A stretch of 48,065 bases of DNA, from the NCBI GenBank assembly GCA_031414955.1, contig JANOQV010000023.1:1-48065 (forward strand), read 5' to 3'. Both the position numbers and the translations under genes were made by a program. This stretch comes from Pedosphaera sp. Lineage in GTDB: Bacteria > Verrucomicrobiota > Verrucomicrobiia > Limisphaerales > SIBH01. Position 1 is the stretch's first letter; the number at the start of each line of letters is the position of its first letter. The notes under the pieces were generated by a model that was not told where the DNA came from, made no database searches, and saw only the letters and a program-made list of their open reading frames with translations. Shown here in pieces: positions 1 to 9,698 of this stretch.

Positions 1-17
1 TGAAAACCCGCGCGCCG
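1..17. repeat. Partial right arm of a GGAG-type REP/REPIN element, cut by the window edge
   Basis: TGAAAACCCGCGCGCCG resembles the right arm GGAAAACCCGCGCTCCG at 47171-47187. Confidence 0.4.
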
Positions 18-372
18 GGGCCAGGCCACGGGCCGGGCTGTGGTTCGACCTCCGAATTCGGGTTGAATTCGCACCCCACCACCAGTCCTGCGTCCGCGAA
101 CCGACCTGGATGGGTGGCAAACAGATGGAGCCAGTCGAATGAAGCCAAAGCACGGAAGGTTTGATTCACCTGGCCCCATTCGTTTGCCCAAGCAGCTCAT
201 CGGTTCAAGGTGTGAACCGTCATCCCTCCCGAAGTTTGACTTCACGTTGGCGCGCGCAGAAACTCCCGCCGAATGACGCGTGTGTTTTCTGAAGTTTTCC
301 CGGCCCCGGCCCGCCCGCCTGAATAGGACACTCATGCGCCGCTTCCAATTTGCCCCGATGAGGTTTCATCCG

Positions 373-1464
373 ATGAGTTTGAGCAAAGCGCTCGCATTTC
401 TGCTGGTTGTGGGCCTCTGCCTTTTCTCCGGTTCCTGTTCCAAGCAAAACAATCCGGCCAATGCGAAGCGCGGCGACGGTTCCGTCCCGGTCGATGTCCA
501 GCCGGTCGGCGTGCTGGAGATGGATCGCACCCTCAGCATCGTCGGCACGCTTTTCGCCAAGGACGAGGCGACCATCGGCGCGGAGGTTGAAGGTCGCGTG
601 GAAAAGACGTTGGTGGAATTCGGGGACCGGGTCGCCGCCGGCCAGGAGATTGCCTTCATCGACACCGCTTCCTACGAAGCCCTGGCCCGCCAGGCTGCCG
701 CGAACGTGGCCAAGGCCCGCGCCACCGCCGACAACGCCGACAAGGATCTGGTGCGCATGAAGAATCTCGGCGCCATCGCCTCGCCCTCGGATGCTGACAA
801 GGCCCAGGCCGTCGCCGAGCAGGCTCACGCCGAGGTGAAATCTGCCGAGGCTTCGGAAAGCATCGCGAAGCTGAACCTGGGTCGCTCGCATGTGAAGGCG
901 CCCTTCGAGGCGGCCATCGCGGAGCGCATCGCCAGCGCGGGTGATTTCAAGCATGTCGGTGAGCCGCTCTTCCGCGTGGTGAACGACGGGGTGTTGAAAT
1001 TTATCGTGCAGGCGCCGGAGCGTTACGCCGGGCAGATTCAGAAGGGGCAGTCGGTCACCTTCACCGTCGATGCCTGGCCGGGTGAGACGTTCGAGGGCAA
1101 AGTCTTTTTGATCAGCCCGCAGGTGAACACGACGACGCGCGCCTTCGCCTTCGGCGCGCTGGTGCAGAATGCCGAGCGGCGGTTGCGCGCGAGCACTTTC
1201 GCGCGCGGTGAGGTGGTGTTGCTGCGCAATGTCTCGTCCGCCGTGGTGCCGCTGGACGCGGTAGTGAGCTTCGTCGGCATCAACAAGATCTTCGTGGTCG
1301 AAAACGGCGTGGCCCGCGCGCGCGAGGTGGTGACCGGCCGGGTCATCCAGAAGCAACAGGAGGTTTTATCCGGCGTGAAGGTGGGCGAATCCATCGTGGT
1401 CTCCGGCCAGACGAAGCTGTTCGACGGCGCGAAGGTACGCGTGAAGGAGGCCCATGCGAGGTAG
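373..1464 (+). CDS. RND efflux periplasmic adaptor (membrane fusion protein), probable lipoprotein
   Basis: Hydrophobic N-terminus ending FSGSC; MFP motifs (GAEVEGRV..VEFGDRV, VKAPFEA, GKVFLISPQV, VVPLDAV); directly upstream of an AcrB-like gene. Start uncertain (in-frame ATGs at 334, 358, 373). Confidence 0.9.
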   Translation: MSLSKALAFLLVVGLCLFSGSCSKQNNPANAKRGDGSVPVDVQPVGVLEMDRTLSIVGTLFAKDEATIGAEVEGRVEKTLVEFGDRVAAGQEIAFIDTASYEALARQAAANVAKARATADNADKDLVRMKNLGAIASPSDADKAQAVAEQAHAEVKSAEASESIAKLNLGRSHVKAPFEAAIAERIASAGDFKHVGEPLFRVVNDGVLKFIVQAPERYAGQIQKGQSVTFTVDAWPGETFEGKVFLISPQVNTTTRAFAFGALVQNAERRLRASTFARGEVVLLRNVSSAVVPLDAVVSFVGINKIFVVENGVARAREVVTGRVIQKQQEVLSGVKVGESIVVSGQTKLFDGAKVRVKEAHAR

Positions 1465-1512
1465 GTCGCGGGCCGGGGCCGTCGATGGTGCGGGCTGGAC
1501 CGTGCTGGCCCG

Positions 1513-4500
1513 ATGAACTCGCGACCCACCAGCGGCGGAGTCGGACTTGCGGACTTGTGCATCCGCCGGCCGGTGTTCGCCACCATGATGAACCTCCTGC
1601 TCGTGGTGCTGGGCTGGTTCTCCTTTCATCAGATCGGCATCGACCAGTTCCCGAACGTGGAACTGCCCATCGTCACCGTCACCACGACCCTGCGCGGCGC
1701 TTCGCCCGAGGAGATGGAGACCAGTGTCACCAAGCCGCTCGAAGAAATCATCAACACCATCGAAGGCGTGGACGAACTGTCGAGCGTCACCCGGGAGGGC
1801 GTGTCCCAGATCACCGCGCAGTTTCTCCAGGCGCGCGGACGGGATGCCGCCGCGCAGGACGTGCGGGACAAGGTCAGCGCGGTCCTGTCGCGGCTGCCCG
1901 AGGGCACCGACACGCCCATCATTGGCAAGTTCGATCTCGATGCGGTGCCCGTCATCTCGATCAGCCTGAGCGCGCCGCGGCAGTTGCGCGAGATCACTTA
2001 CGTGGCCGACAAGGTCATCAAGCAGAACCTCGAAACCGTGCTCGACGTCGGCGCGGTGACCCTTGTGGGCGGTCGCACGCGCGCCGTGCAGGTCGAGGTG
2101 GATGTCGAGCGGTTGCGCGCGCGCGGGTTGACCATCGAGGACGTGCGCCAGGCGTTGAAGCAGCAGAATCTTGAACTGCCCGAGGGCCGCGTGGATCAAG
2201 GCTCGCGCGAACTGGTGGTGCGCACGCTGGGCCGGATGCAGGCCGTGGCCAGCTTCCACGAGTTGATCGTGGGCAACTCTGGCGGCCAGCCCATTTTCCT
2301 CCGCGACGTGGCCTGGGTCTCGGACGGCATCGAAGAGCCGCGTTCGCTGGCACGGCTGAACGGCGAGAACACCGTGACCGTAGTGGTGCGGAAGCAGTCG
2401 GGGGTGAACACGACGGCCGTGATCGACCGGGTCAAGGCCCGGTTGCAAGAACTGGAATCGGTGGTGCCGCCGGATTTCAAAGTGACGCTGATTCGCGACC
2501 AGTCGATCTTCATCCGGCGCTCCCTGGAGGAGGTGAGTTTCCATCTGTTGTTCGGAGCCATCCTCGTCGCACTCACGGTGTTCTTCTTTCTCCACGACTG
2601 GCGCGGGACGGTCATCGCGTGTGTGGCCATTCCGGCGTCGATCATCGCCACCTTCGCGCTGATGCGCGTGATGGACTTCACGTTGAACAACTTCACCATG
2701 CTCGGGCTTATTTTCGCGGTCGGCATCGTCATCGACGACGCCATCGTGGTGCTGGAGAACATTCACCGCACGATGGAGGAGAAGGGGCTGGACGCACGGG
2801 AAGCAGCCAGCGTCGGCACCCGCGAGGTGGCGCTCGCGGTGGTGGCGACGACGCTTTCGCTGGTGGTCATTTTTCTGCCGCTGGCTTTCATGCAGGGCCG
2901 GGTGGGGCAATTTTTTTCCAGCTACGGCATCACCGTGGCTTTCGCCATCATGGTGTCACTCTTCATTTCCTTCACCCTCACGCCGATGCTGGCCTCGCGT
3001 TTCCTGCGCCATACCAAGGATGAAAAGCTTCGCCAGAAGAAGGCGCACGGCGGCTGGCTGATGACGTTTCTCGGCGCGCATTACTTGCGCGTGCTCCGCT
3101 GGAGCCTTTGCCATCGCTGGGTGGTGATGCTGGTTGCCGGACTCTGCGTGGCCTCGCTTTGGCCGCTCGGCAAGATGACGCGCTTTGCCTATTTCCCGCC
3201 CGATGACGCCAGCGAGTTCGAGGTGGCGCTGCAAACGCCGGAAGGTTCGACCCTCAAACGCACCGCGGAAATTTCCACCCAGATCGAGCGGCGGTTGAAG
3301 TCCATCCAGATCGACGGACAGCAGGCCATCCTCGACACGCTGCTCACCGCCGGCGAAACGAGCGGGCGCGTCGGCAAGGGCGAGGGCGTCGTGAACCTGG
3401 CGGTGATTTACTGCCGGCTCCCGCAACTCGGCGGCTTCTGGAACACGATGTTCGGGAAGACGCGGCGCTGGTCGCAATTTGATGTCATGGCGCAGGCGCG
3501 CAGAATCCTGGCTGAGTTCCCCGACGTGCGGGCTGCCGCCCAGGGCATCTCCCCCATCGGGCAGTCCGGGCGCAACGCCGAGCTACAGTTCAACCTCACC
3601 GGCCCGGACCTGAACAAACTTTCCGCCTACACCGACCAGATGATGGAGCAGATGCGCAAGACGAACGGGATTGTCGATGTCGATACCACGGCCTCGAATC
3701 GCAAGCCGGAGATTCAGGTCCACATTGATCGCGTGAAGGCGAGCCAGTTCGGGCTGCGCGTCGCAGACATCGCGGCGACGCTGCGCACGCTGGTGGGCGG
3801 GGAGATCGTCGGCACCTACAAGGAGGCGGATGACCAGTATGATGTGTGGCTGCGGGCCGGCGTGTTGAACCGCGGCACCAAGGAGGCGCTGGAGCAAATG
3901 ACCATGCGCGTCGGGGCCGGCGTGCGTGGCGGTTTGATTTCTTCCACTGAACCCAACTCGCTCGTGCAACTCGCCAATTTCCTCCGCCTCGAAGAAGCGC
4001 GCGGGCCGAACCAGATCGAGCGCTTCCAACGGCAGCGCAAGATGTCCATCGCCGCGAACCTCGAACCCGGCCACGCCCTCGGTGAAGGGGTCAACGAAGT
4101 GAAGGCCATCGCCGCCGGACTGAACATGCCGCCGGAGTATCAGATCGCCTTCACCGGCCGGGCCAAATCCTTTCAGGAGACCGGGGCGAACTTCCTCCTC
4201 GCCTTCGGCATCGCGATGATTTTCATGTACATGATTCTGGCCGCGCAGTTTGAGCACTTCATTCATCCCATCTCGATCATGATGGCCGTGCCGCTCTCGC
4301 TGCCGTTCGCGCTGCTGACCATGCTCGTGTTGAACGAGCCGCTGAACGTCTTCGCTCTGTTCGGCCTGTTCATGCTCTTTGGCATCGTAAAGAAGAACGG
4401 CATTCTCCAGGTGGACTACACCAACACGCTGCGTGCGCAGGGCATGGAACGGGAGGAGGCGATTCTGCAGGCGAACCAGGTGCGGCTGCGGCCGATCCTG

Positions 4501-4752
4501 ATGACCACGATGATGCTCGTGGCTTCGATGATTCCGATTGCGGTGGGGACGGGGCCGGGTTCGGCCGGGCGCGCGGCCATGGCAAAGGTGATTATCGGAG
4601 GGCAGATGCTCTGCCTGCTGCTGACCCTGCTGGTGACGCCCGTCAGCTATTCGCTGTTCGACGATTGGGGCCGGGGAGTGTTCTGGCGCCGCCGCAAACG
4701 TGTTGAGGTGCCGGAGCCCAGGCCCGACGATTATTCGCCCACGGCGTCGTGA
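1513..4752 (+). CDS. RND efflux transporter permease (AcrB/AcrD/AcrF family)
   Basis: 1079 aa; N-terminal IRRPVFA, GIVIDDAIVVLENI proton-relay motif, RLRPILMTT motif, 12-TM organisation. Confidence 0.95.
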   Translation: MNSRPTSGGVGLADLCIRRPVFATMMNLLLVVLGWFSFHQIGIDQFPNVELPIVTVTTTLRGASPEEMETSVTKPLEEIINTIEGVDELSSVTREGVSQITAQFLQARGRDAAAQDVRDKVSAVLSRLPEGTDTPIIGKFDLDAVPVISISLSAPRQLREITYVADKVIKQNLETVLDVGAVTLVGGRTRAVQVEVDVERLRARGLTIEDVRQALKQQNLELPEGRVDQGSRELVVRTLGRMQAVASFHELIVGNSGGQPIFLRDVAWVSDGIEEPRSLARLNGENTVTVVVRKQSGVNTTAVIDRVKARLQELESVVPPDFKVTLIRDQSIFIRRSLEEVSFHLLFGAILVALTVFFFLHDWRGTVIACVAIPASIIATFALMRVMDFTLNNFTMLGLIFAVGIVIDDAIVVLENIHRTMEEKGLDAREAASVGTREVALAVVATTLSLVVIFLPLAFMQGRVGQFFSSYGITVAFAIMVSLFISFTLTPMLASRFLRHTKDEKLRQKKAHGGWLMTFLGAHYLRVLRWSLCHRWVVMLVAGLCVASLWPLGKMTRFAYFPPDDASEFEVALQTPEGSTLKRTAEISTQIERRLKSIQIDGQQAILDTLLTAGETSGRVGKGEGVVNLAVIYCRLPQLGGFWNTMFGKTRRWSQFDVMAQARRILAEFPDVRAAAQGISPIGQSGRNAELQFNLTGPDLNKLSAYTDQMMEQMRKTNGIVDVDTTASNRKPEIQVHIDRVKASQFGLRVADIAATLRTLVGGEIVGTYKEADDQYDVWLRAGVLNRGTKEALEQMTMRVGAGVRGGLISSTEPNSLVQLANFLRLEEARGPNQIERFQRQRKMSIAANLEPGHALGEGVNEVKAIAAGLNMPPEYQIAFTGRAKSFQETGANFLLAFGIAMIFMYMILAAQFEHFIHPISIMMAVPLSLPFALLTMLVLNEPLNVFALFGLFMLFGIVKKNGILQVDYTNTLRAQGMEREEAILQANQVRLRPILMTTMMLVASMIPIAVGTGPGSAGRAAMAKVIIGGQMLCLLLTLLVTPVSYSLFDDWGRGVFWRRRKRVEVPEPRPDDYSPTAS

Positions 4753-5286
4753 GCGGGGCGCATCACCTGCATTCCATGTCCGAAGCGGCGGGCCGGACGG
4801 CAGGACTTCTTGTTCTTCCACGCCCGTTCACCGAGGAAGATTTCCTTCCAACTGCGCAACGGTTCCATCGGGTCTCTACTTACTCGCATACACGGTTTCT
4901 GGTTGTGACTTGCCGCTGACCGAGGCCGGACGCACGCGCGTCTCCGCGTGGCTGTTTGATTTCTGGGGCCAGACGATGACGCGCGCCGGAGACGTTTCCT
5001 GGACCGCTGTGAACAGCAGGGCCAGCCTTCGATGCGCGTATCGGCATGTCATAGGTCTAATCTTGATTCACGGTGTAACAAGTTCCGGGCCATCCGGTGA
5101 CGATTGGTCAAAGATGTTCCGGGGACTTTCTGCCTGACTTATCGGCGTTGAGTTTACGGGGCTTGAGCCGGGGTGGAGAATTTTGCGAGGCAAAACCCAC
5201 CGGCACGTTAGTGCTGTTTGGGAACACACGCTGCCGAGGAACAAGACAGCGACCGGATGTTTTGCCGCCTGGGGCAGGGGTTGGTC

Positions 5287-6099
5287 TCAACCGAAGATCC
5301 GCTTCAGATACTCGATACTCTTCGTGGCGATCACTTCCGCGCCTTCCTCGAACTTGAACACCTCCACCGACAGGTAGCCGTCGTAGTTTGCCGCACGCAG
5401 GGCGGCGGCAATGGGGTGGAAGTCCACGTCGCCGAAGCCGGGGCCTTTGAGGTTGCGGTCATTGGCGTGGAAGTAGGCGAACTCGCCGCGCGACTCGGCG
5501 ATGATTTGCGGAATGGGCTTGGCCTCCGAGCACATGGCCTTCACGTCGAGGATGATCTTCATGGCCGGGCTGTTGAACTGCTTCGCGAAGCGAATTCCTT
5601 CCGCCGCAGTGTTGATGAAATTCGTTTCGGAGGGAGCGAGCGGCTCGAAGCAGATGGTGATGCCGCGCTCGCCGGCCAGTTTCACCGCGTCACGGAAAGT
5701 ATCCGTGGCCCACTGCCAGGCCTGCTCGAAGCTGCCGCCTTCCATCACGTCGCGCTGCTTGGGCGAGCCGACCACAATGATCTTGCCGCCGAGGTCCGCG
5801 CAGAATTTCACCAACTCACAGAAGTAATCCGCCGTCCGCGCGCGGATGGATGCGTCGGGATGGTTGAGATAAATGCCCTCGGCCTGCACCAGCACCCAGT
5901 GGATGCCGGAGATTTCAATGCCGATGCGCGCCGCCTCCTCGCGGATGCGCCGCCGCTCGTTGGCGGGAATCTCCGTCACATATTTCGCCAGCGTGAACGG
6001 TGCGATCTCGATGCCGTCGTAGCCGGCCTGCTTCGCGAACGCCATCGCGTCCTCGATCTTCCAGTTCTGAAATATCTCGTTGCAGATGCCGAACTTCAT
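5287..6099 (-). CDS. Sugar phosphate isomerase/epimerase (xylose isomerase-like TIM barrel)
   Basis: MKFGICNE start; GYDGIEIAP, ICFEPL, ILDVKAM, YFHAND, YDGYLSVEVF metal-binding pattern. Confidence 0.9.
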   Translation of the reverse strand: MKFGICNEIFQNWKIEDAMAFAKQAGYDGIEIAPFTLAKYVTEIPANERRRIREEAARIGIEISGIHWVLVQAEGIYLNHPDASIRARTADYFCELVKFCADLGGKIIVVGSPKQRDVMEGGSFEQAWQWATDTFRDAVKLAGERGITICFEPLAPSETNFINTAAEGIRFAKQFNSPAMKIILDVKAMCSEAKPIPQIIAESRGEFAYFHANDRNLKGPGFGDVDFHPIAAALRAANYDGYLSVEVFKFEEGAEVIATKSIEYLKRIFG

Positions 6100-6151
6100 G
6101 GGCGCGACGTTCGGCAATCAGTCTGGGAACGGCAAGAGCGAACAGAGCGAA

Positions 6152-6262
6152 CGGAGCGCGGGCTTTCCAGCCCGCAGCAAGATGAGACGAGGAGAGCCGT
6201 CGAATTGGAAGGATACGCCCTGTTCGTGGAGCAGGGCTGCGGGCTGGAAAGCCCGCGCTCCG
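6152..6262. repeat. REPIN-like element (111 bp, perfect 27-bp inverted arms)
   Basis: CGGAGCGCGGGCTTTCCAGCCCGCAGC at 6152-6178 and its exact reverse complement at 6236-6262; each arm is itself a hairpin; preceded by tandem AGAGCGAAC x2 (6135-6152). Confidence 0.85.
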
Positions 6263-6266
6263 GCTT

Positions 6267-6650
6267 TTAGATCAACGCGACACGAACCACATCAGGATTC
6301 GCCGCATCAAAGACCGAGGTGCTGAAGGCCACGAGCAGCATCGGTTGCGCACCAGTGTTCTGGAAGGCGTGCCCGACGCCGGGCGGGATGGTGAAGCGCC
6401 ACGTCTCGCCCGCCGGCACGTTCACGTCATGCACCTCGCCGTCTTCGCGCAGGCGCACCAAGGCAGGCCCGAGGACCACGGTGATTTCCGTGGCGTGCTG
6501 GTGGAGATGATTGCCGCGGATGCCGCCTGGCGCGGTCAGCGCCACATGGACGTTGCGTTGCTCCGCGATGGCTTCGACGCCGATGGGTTCAAAGACCAAC
6601 CCCCGCGCATCATGCGCGCAACGCACCAGCTCAGAAGTGGCTTGTGGCAT
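6267..6650 (-). CDS. Cupin-domain protein (WxcM/FdtA-like sugar isomerase C-terminal type)
   Basis: DARGLVFEP, PGGIRGNHLHQHATE and IPPGVGHAFQN cupin motifs. Confidence 0.8.
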   Translation of the reverse strand: MPQATSELVRCAHDARGLVFEPIGVEAIAEQRNVHVALTAPGGIRGNHLHQHATEITVVLGPALVRLREDGEVHDVNVPAGETWRFTIPPGVGHAFQNTGAQPMLLVAFSTSVFDAANPDVVRVALI

Positions 6651-6675
6651 GATGGCGGCTGATCGTGAAGGTTTG

Positions 6676-6699
6676 TTGGAGTTTGGAGTTTGGAGTTTG
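6676..6699. repeat. Heptamer tandem repeat (TTGGAGT)x3
   Basis: Direct reading; lies just downstream of the pyrH stop. Confidence 0.7.
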
Positions 6700-6701
6700 C
6701 C

Positions 6702-7424
6702 TTAACCCGTGACCAGCGTCCCCACCTCTTCGCCCAGCACTACGCGTCTCAGGTTGTGCGGCTTGAACAGGTCAAACACGATGATCGGCATCTTGTTGTC
6801 CATGCACAGGCTGAAGGCCGTCGAGTCCATCACCTTGAGCTGCTTTTGCAAGGCCTCGAGGTAGGCGATGCGGGAATAGCGCTTGGCCTTGGGATTCTTT
6901 TTCGGATCACTGTCGTAAATGCCATCCACCTTCGTCGCCTTGAGAATGACTTCCGCGCCCATCTCATTGGCGCGTAGCGCGGCCGCCGTGTCCGTGGAGA
7001 AGTATGGATTGCCCGTGCCCGCCGCGAAGATGACCACGCGCCCCTTCTCCAGATGGCGCACCGCCCGCCGGCGGATGAACGGTTCGGCGATCTGCGTCAT
7101 GGTGATGGCGCTCTGCACGCGCGTGGCCACGCCGTGTCGTTCGAGGGCGTCCTGGAGCGCGAGGGCATTGATGACCGTGGCGAGCATGCCCATGTAATCC
7201 GCCGTGGCGCGCTCGATGCCCTTGGCCGTGCCGCTCACCCCGCGAAAGATGTTGCCGCCGCCGATGACGATGACCATTTCCACGCCGAGTCGGCGGACCT
7301 CGCCGATCTGGACGGCCATGCCATCCACCAGCTTGCCGTCGATGCCGTTGTTCTGGGCGTCGCCGAGCGCTTCGCCGGAGAGCTTGAGAAGAATGCGCCG
7401 GTATTTCGGCTTGGTGGCTTTCAT
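6702..7424 (-). CDS. pyrH: UMP kinase
   Basis: [54 protein letters not shown] signatures. Confidence 0.97.
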   Translation of the reverse strand: MKATKPKYRRILLKLSGEALGDAQNNGIDGKLVDGMAVQIGEVRRLGVEMVIVIGGGNIFRGVSGTAKGIERATADYMGMLATVINALALQDALERHGVATRVQSAITMTQIAEPFIRRRAVRHLEKGRVVIFAAGTGNPYFSTDTAAALRANEMGAEVILKATKVDGIYDSDPKKNPKAKRYSRIAYLEALQKQLKVMDSTAFSLCMDNKMPIIVFDLFKPHNLRRVVLGEEVGTLVTG

Positions 7425-7456
7425 GCGTGTGAACAGTTAGAAAACATGCGGGCGGG

Positions 7457-7485
7457 TTTCTAACAGCGGGGCGGGGGAGAGTCAA
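7457..7485 (-). promoter_or_regulatory. Putative sigma70-type promoter of pyrH
   Basis: Minus strand TTGACT (7485-7480), 17-nt spacer, TAGAAA (7462-7457). Confidence 0.55.
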
Positions 7486-7504
7486 CGAGGGCGGAACGAG
7501 GGCG

Positions 7505-8727
7505 CAGGGCTGACGCATCTTAACTGGCGAGGAGTTGGCGGAGGTAATCTGGGTCGAGGGTGGCGCGCAGGCGCTGGCTCTTGAGGCTGCGTTTGTTTTC
7601 CTTGTCCTGCCGCAACAGGTTGATCGCGACCCGCCGGGTCGCGGCCAGATTCTCGGCCGCGTGGCCCGTGCGCGCCCGGCTCTGGTCTTCCCCGAACACC
7701 ACGTCCAAAACCCAGTGCAACTGGTTCTCGATCTTCCAATGGCCGCGCACCGCCCGCGCCAGCTTCGCCACGTCCACCGGCAGGCTCGACAGATAGTAGC
7801 GCCGTTCCACGCTCGGCTGCCCCTTCACCTCCCGCACGCTTTCCACCACCGCCACGCTGCGCAAGCCCTCCCACTTGGCCCGGTCCGCAAACCACCCGAT
7901 CTGCTCCGTCTGCCAGTAGCGCCGCACTTCCACCCGCCCGTGGCCCTTGTCGGTCGTCTCCACAAAGGCCAAGGTCGGCTCCTTCCGCCGCACCGCGTCG
8001 TCAAGGAAGGCTTTGATTTCACCATAGGCCGCCGGCTGGTTGCCTTTGAGCGCCAGCACGTAGTCCGCGTCGGCCTCGCGGATTTCCTTGGCGATGTTCT
8101 TCTGACAGTGCATGGCGTCGGCGGTGATGATGCAGCCGGCCAGTTCCAGCGCCCGCAACAGCTCCGGCACGACCGTGATCTCATTGCTCTTGTCGCGCGT
8201 CTTGCGCTGGCCCAGCAAGAGTCCGCTCTCCGTGGCCCAGGCGCTCACGATCATCCGCGCGTCCTCGCCGGCGTTCAGCGCCCGGCGCACGCTCTTGCCG
8301 TCCAGCGCGACCACTTCGCCGCCCAGCACGGTCCGCACGCTCTGCGTCCAGCGGGAGAGACTGTCCGCGAACCTTTTGGGGTCCAGCGCTTGGAAGACGC
8401 GGTTGAACGTGTCGTGGCTGGGCACCCCGCCGCCCAAGGTGAGAAAGGTGCGCAGCCACGCGAGGCGCACGCGCGCAAACTCCTCCATGTCATAAAAGCT
8501 CTCGCCCCGGCAGAGCAGCGTGCAGAGGGCGATGACCAGCAACTCGACCAGATCATGTTCGCGGGTCCGGGCCACGCGCGGGTCGGGCACCTCCCCGAGG
8601 ATGGTGAGGAGGCTGACAATTTTGGTTTTTGAAACGGGGCGATGCTCAAGCATCCCGTCTCATGTACACATGGTATTTACATTGTACACACAAAAATGCC
8701 GGAAAGATTTTTGATGCGTCAGCCCTG
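7505..8727 (-). mobile_element. Complete ISAs1-family insertion sequence (1223 bp)
   Basis: Perfect 15-bp terminal IRs CAGGGCTGACGCATC (7505-7519 / 8713-8727); 10-bp direct repeat AACGAGGGCG at 7495-7504 and 8728-8737; intact transposase. Confidence 0.95.
7520..8653 (-). CDS. ISAs1 family transposase
   Basis: VPDPR, GVPSHDTFNRVF, ALDGKSVR, KSNEIT, DAMHCQK, LKGNQ, RGHWKIENQLHWVLDV motifs. Confidence 0.96.
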   Translation of the reverse strand: MLEHRPVSKTKIVSLLTILGEVPDPRVARTREHDLVELLVIALCTLLCRGESFYDMEEFARVRLAWLRTFLTLGGGVPSHDTFNRVFQALDPKRFADSLSRWTQSVRTVLGGEVVALDGKSVRRALNAGEDARMIVSAWATESGLLLGQRKTRDKSNEITVVPELLRALELAGCIITADAMHCQKNIAKEIREADADYVLALKGNQPAAYGEIKAFLDDAVRRKEPTLAFVETTDKGHGRVEVRRYWQTEQIGWFADRAKWEGLRSVAVVESVREVKGQPSVERRYYLSSLPVDVAKLARAVRGHWKIENQLHWVLDVVFGEDQSRARTGHAAENLAATRRVAINLLRQDKENKRSLKSQRLRATLDPDYLRQLLAS

Positions 8728-8781
8728 AACGAGGGCGGAACCGGGTGCGATTGAGAGTGGCGGGCAGCGAAGCCAACGAGT

Positions 8782-8892
8782 CGGAGTGCGCCCGTCCCCG
8801 GGCGCAGCAAGGTCCGCCCGCGCGAAGAGTTTGGAATTTGCCGACACCCTGCTTCGCTCCAGCTTGCTGCGCCCGAGGACGGGCGCACTCCG
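8782..8892. repeat. REPIN-like element (111 bp, 30-bp inverted arms)
   Basis: CGGAGTGCGCCCGTCCCCGGGCGCAGCAAG (8782-8811) vs 8863-8892, one mismatch. Confidence 0.85.
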
Positions 8893-8941
8893 TGCCCGCC
8901 ACTTCCAATCGCACCCGCGTCGTCATGGCCCGACAACGACA

Positions 8942-8970
8942 TTGCCCCGGCGGCAGGGCGCTGCTAGTTT
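8942..8970 (+). promoter_or_regulatory. Putative sigma70-type promoter of the prepilin-like/beta-propeller operon
   Basis: TTGCCC-N17-TAGTTT with TG at the extended -10 position. Confidence 0.45.
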
Positions 8971-8993
8971 TGAAACACCAATCAAGACGTGCT

Positions 8994-9698
8994 ATGCCAA
9001 AAACCGGACAGGCCTTTACCCGCGTTGAGCTGATGATCGTCGTCGCCGCTCTGGCCTTCCTCGGCGTCATCGCGCTGCCGCTTTTTGCCAGTCCGCGCGC
9101 TGATTCGGATCGCGCCGCCTGTTTTAATAACCTTCGTCGCCTCGGGAGCGGCGTGACGTTGTGGGGCAATGACCACGACGACCTTCCGCCCTGGCTGGTT
9201 TCGCCGAGCAACGGCGGCACCCAGATTTTTCCCAAGACCGCCCTGACCTGGACCGAGTTCATCACCCTTTCCAATGAGTTGGTGACGCCGCTCGTCCTCG
9301 CGTGTCCGGCCGACCCCACAGTGAAGGTCGCCTCGCATTGGGGTAACACGGTCAATGGCCTGGCCAACACCGGCTTTCGCAACAACGCGGTGAGCTACTT
9401 CCTCAGCTACCACAGTCGGCCATGGCTGCCGCGCTCAGTCATCGCGGGTGATCGCGATTTCAGACCCAGCGTATCGCCGCCTTTGACCTGCGCCTACGGC
9501 CCGAACAATGCCGCACGGATCGACACCACATCCGGCATTATCAGCGTGTGGACCAATGCGGTGCATCGCTCCGTCGGACACCTCCTCACCTCGGACGGCA
9601 GTGTGGACCTTGTTCCCAGTATCTCGCTCATGAGCCGGTTGCTCGGCCCCGAGGGGCAAAGTGACAACGGCAGCATTCACATCATTTATCCCCGATGA
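8994..9698 (+). CDS. Prepilin-type N-terminal cleavage/methylation protein with H-X9-DG C-terminal motif
   Basis: QA|FTRVELMIVVA class III-like leader with Glu+5, hydrophobic helix, C..NLR.LG, LACPAD, and H-RSVGHLLTS-DG. Confidence 0.85.
   Translation: MPKTGQAFTRVELMIVVAALAFLGVIALPLFASPRADSDRAACFNNLRRLGSGVTLWGNDHDDLPPWLVSPSNGGTQIFPKTALTWTEFITLSNELVTPLVLACPADPTVKVASHWGNTVNGLANTGFRNNAVSYFLSYHSRPWLPRSVIAGDRDFRPSVSPPLTCAYGPNNAARIDTTSGIISVWTNAVHRSVGHLLTSDGSVDLVPSISLMSRLLGPEGQSDNGSIHIIYPR

Noticed and set aside
110..160. c-di-GMP-I riboswitch (GGCAAAC...CAAAGC resemblance)
   Set aside because: No GNRA-capped P2 stem or GACGCAAAG/P3 arrangement; the GGCAAAC instead pairs in a long inverted repeat
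4753..5286. Short ORFs in the 530-bp gap after the RND permease
   Set aside because: No recognisable motifs, atypical codon usage and several mutually overlapping frames
8745..8993. N-terminal extension of the prepilin-like ORF
   Set aside because: It runs through a REPIN; the prepilin leader and promoter-like element support a start at 8994
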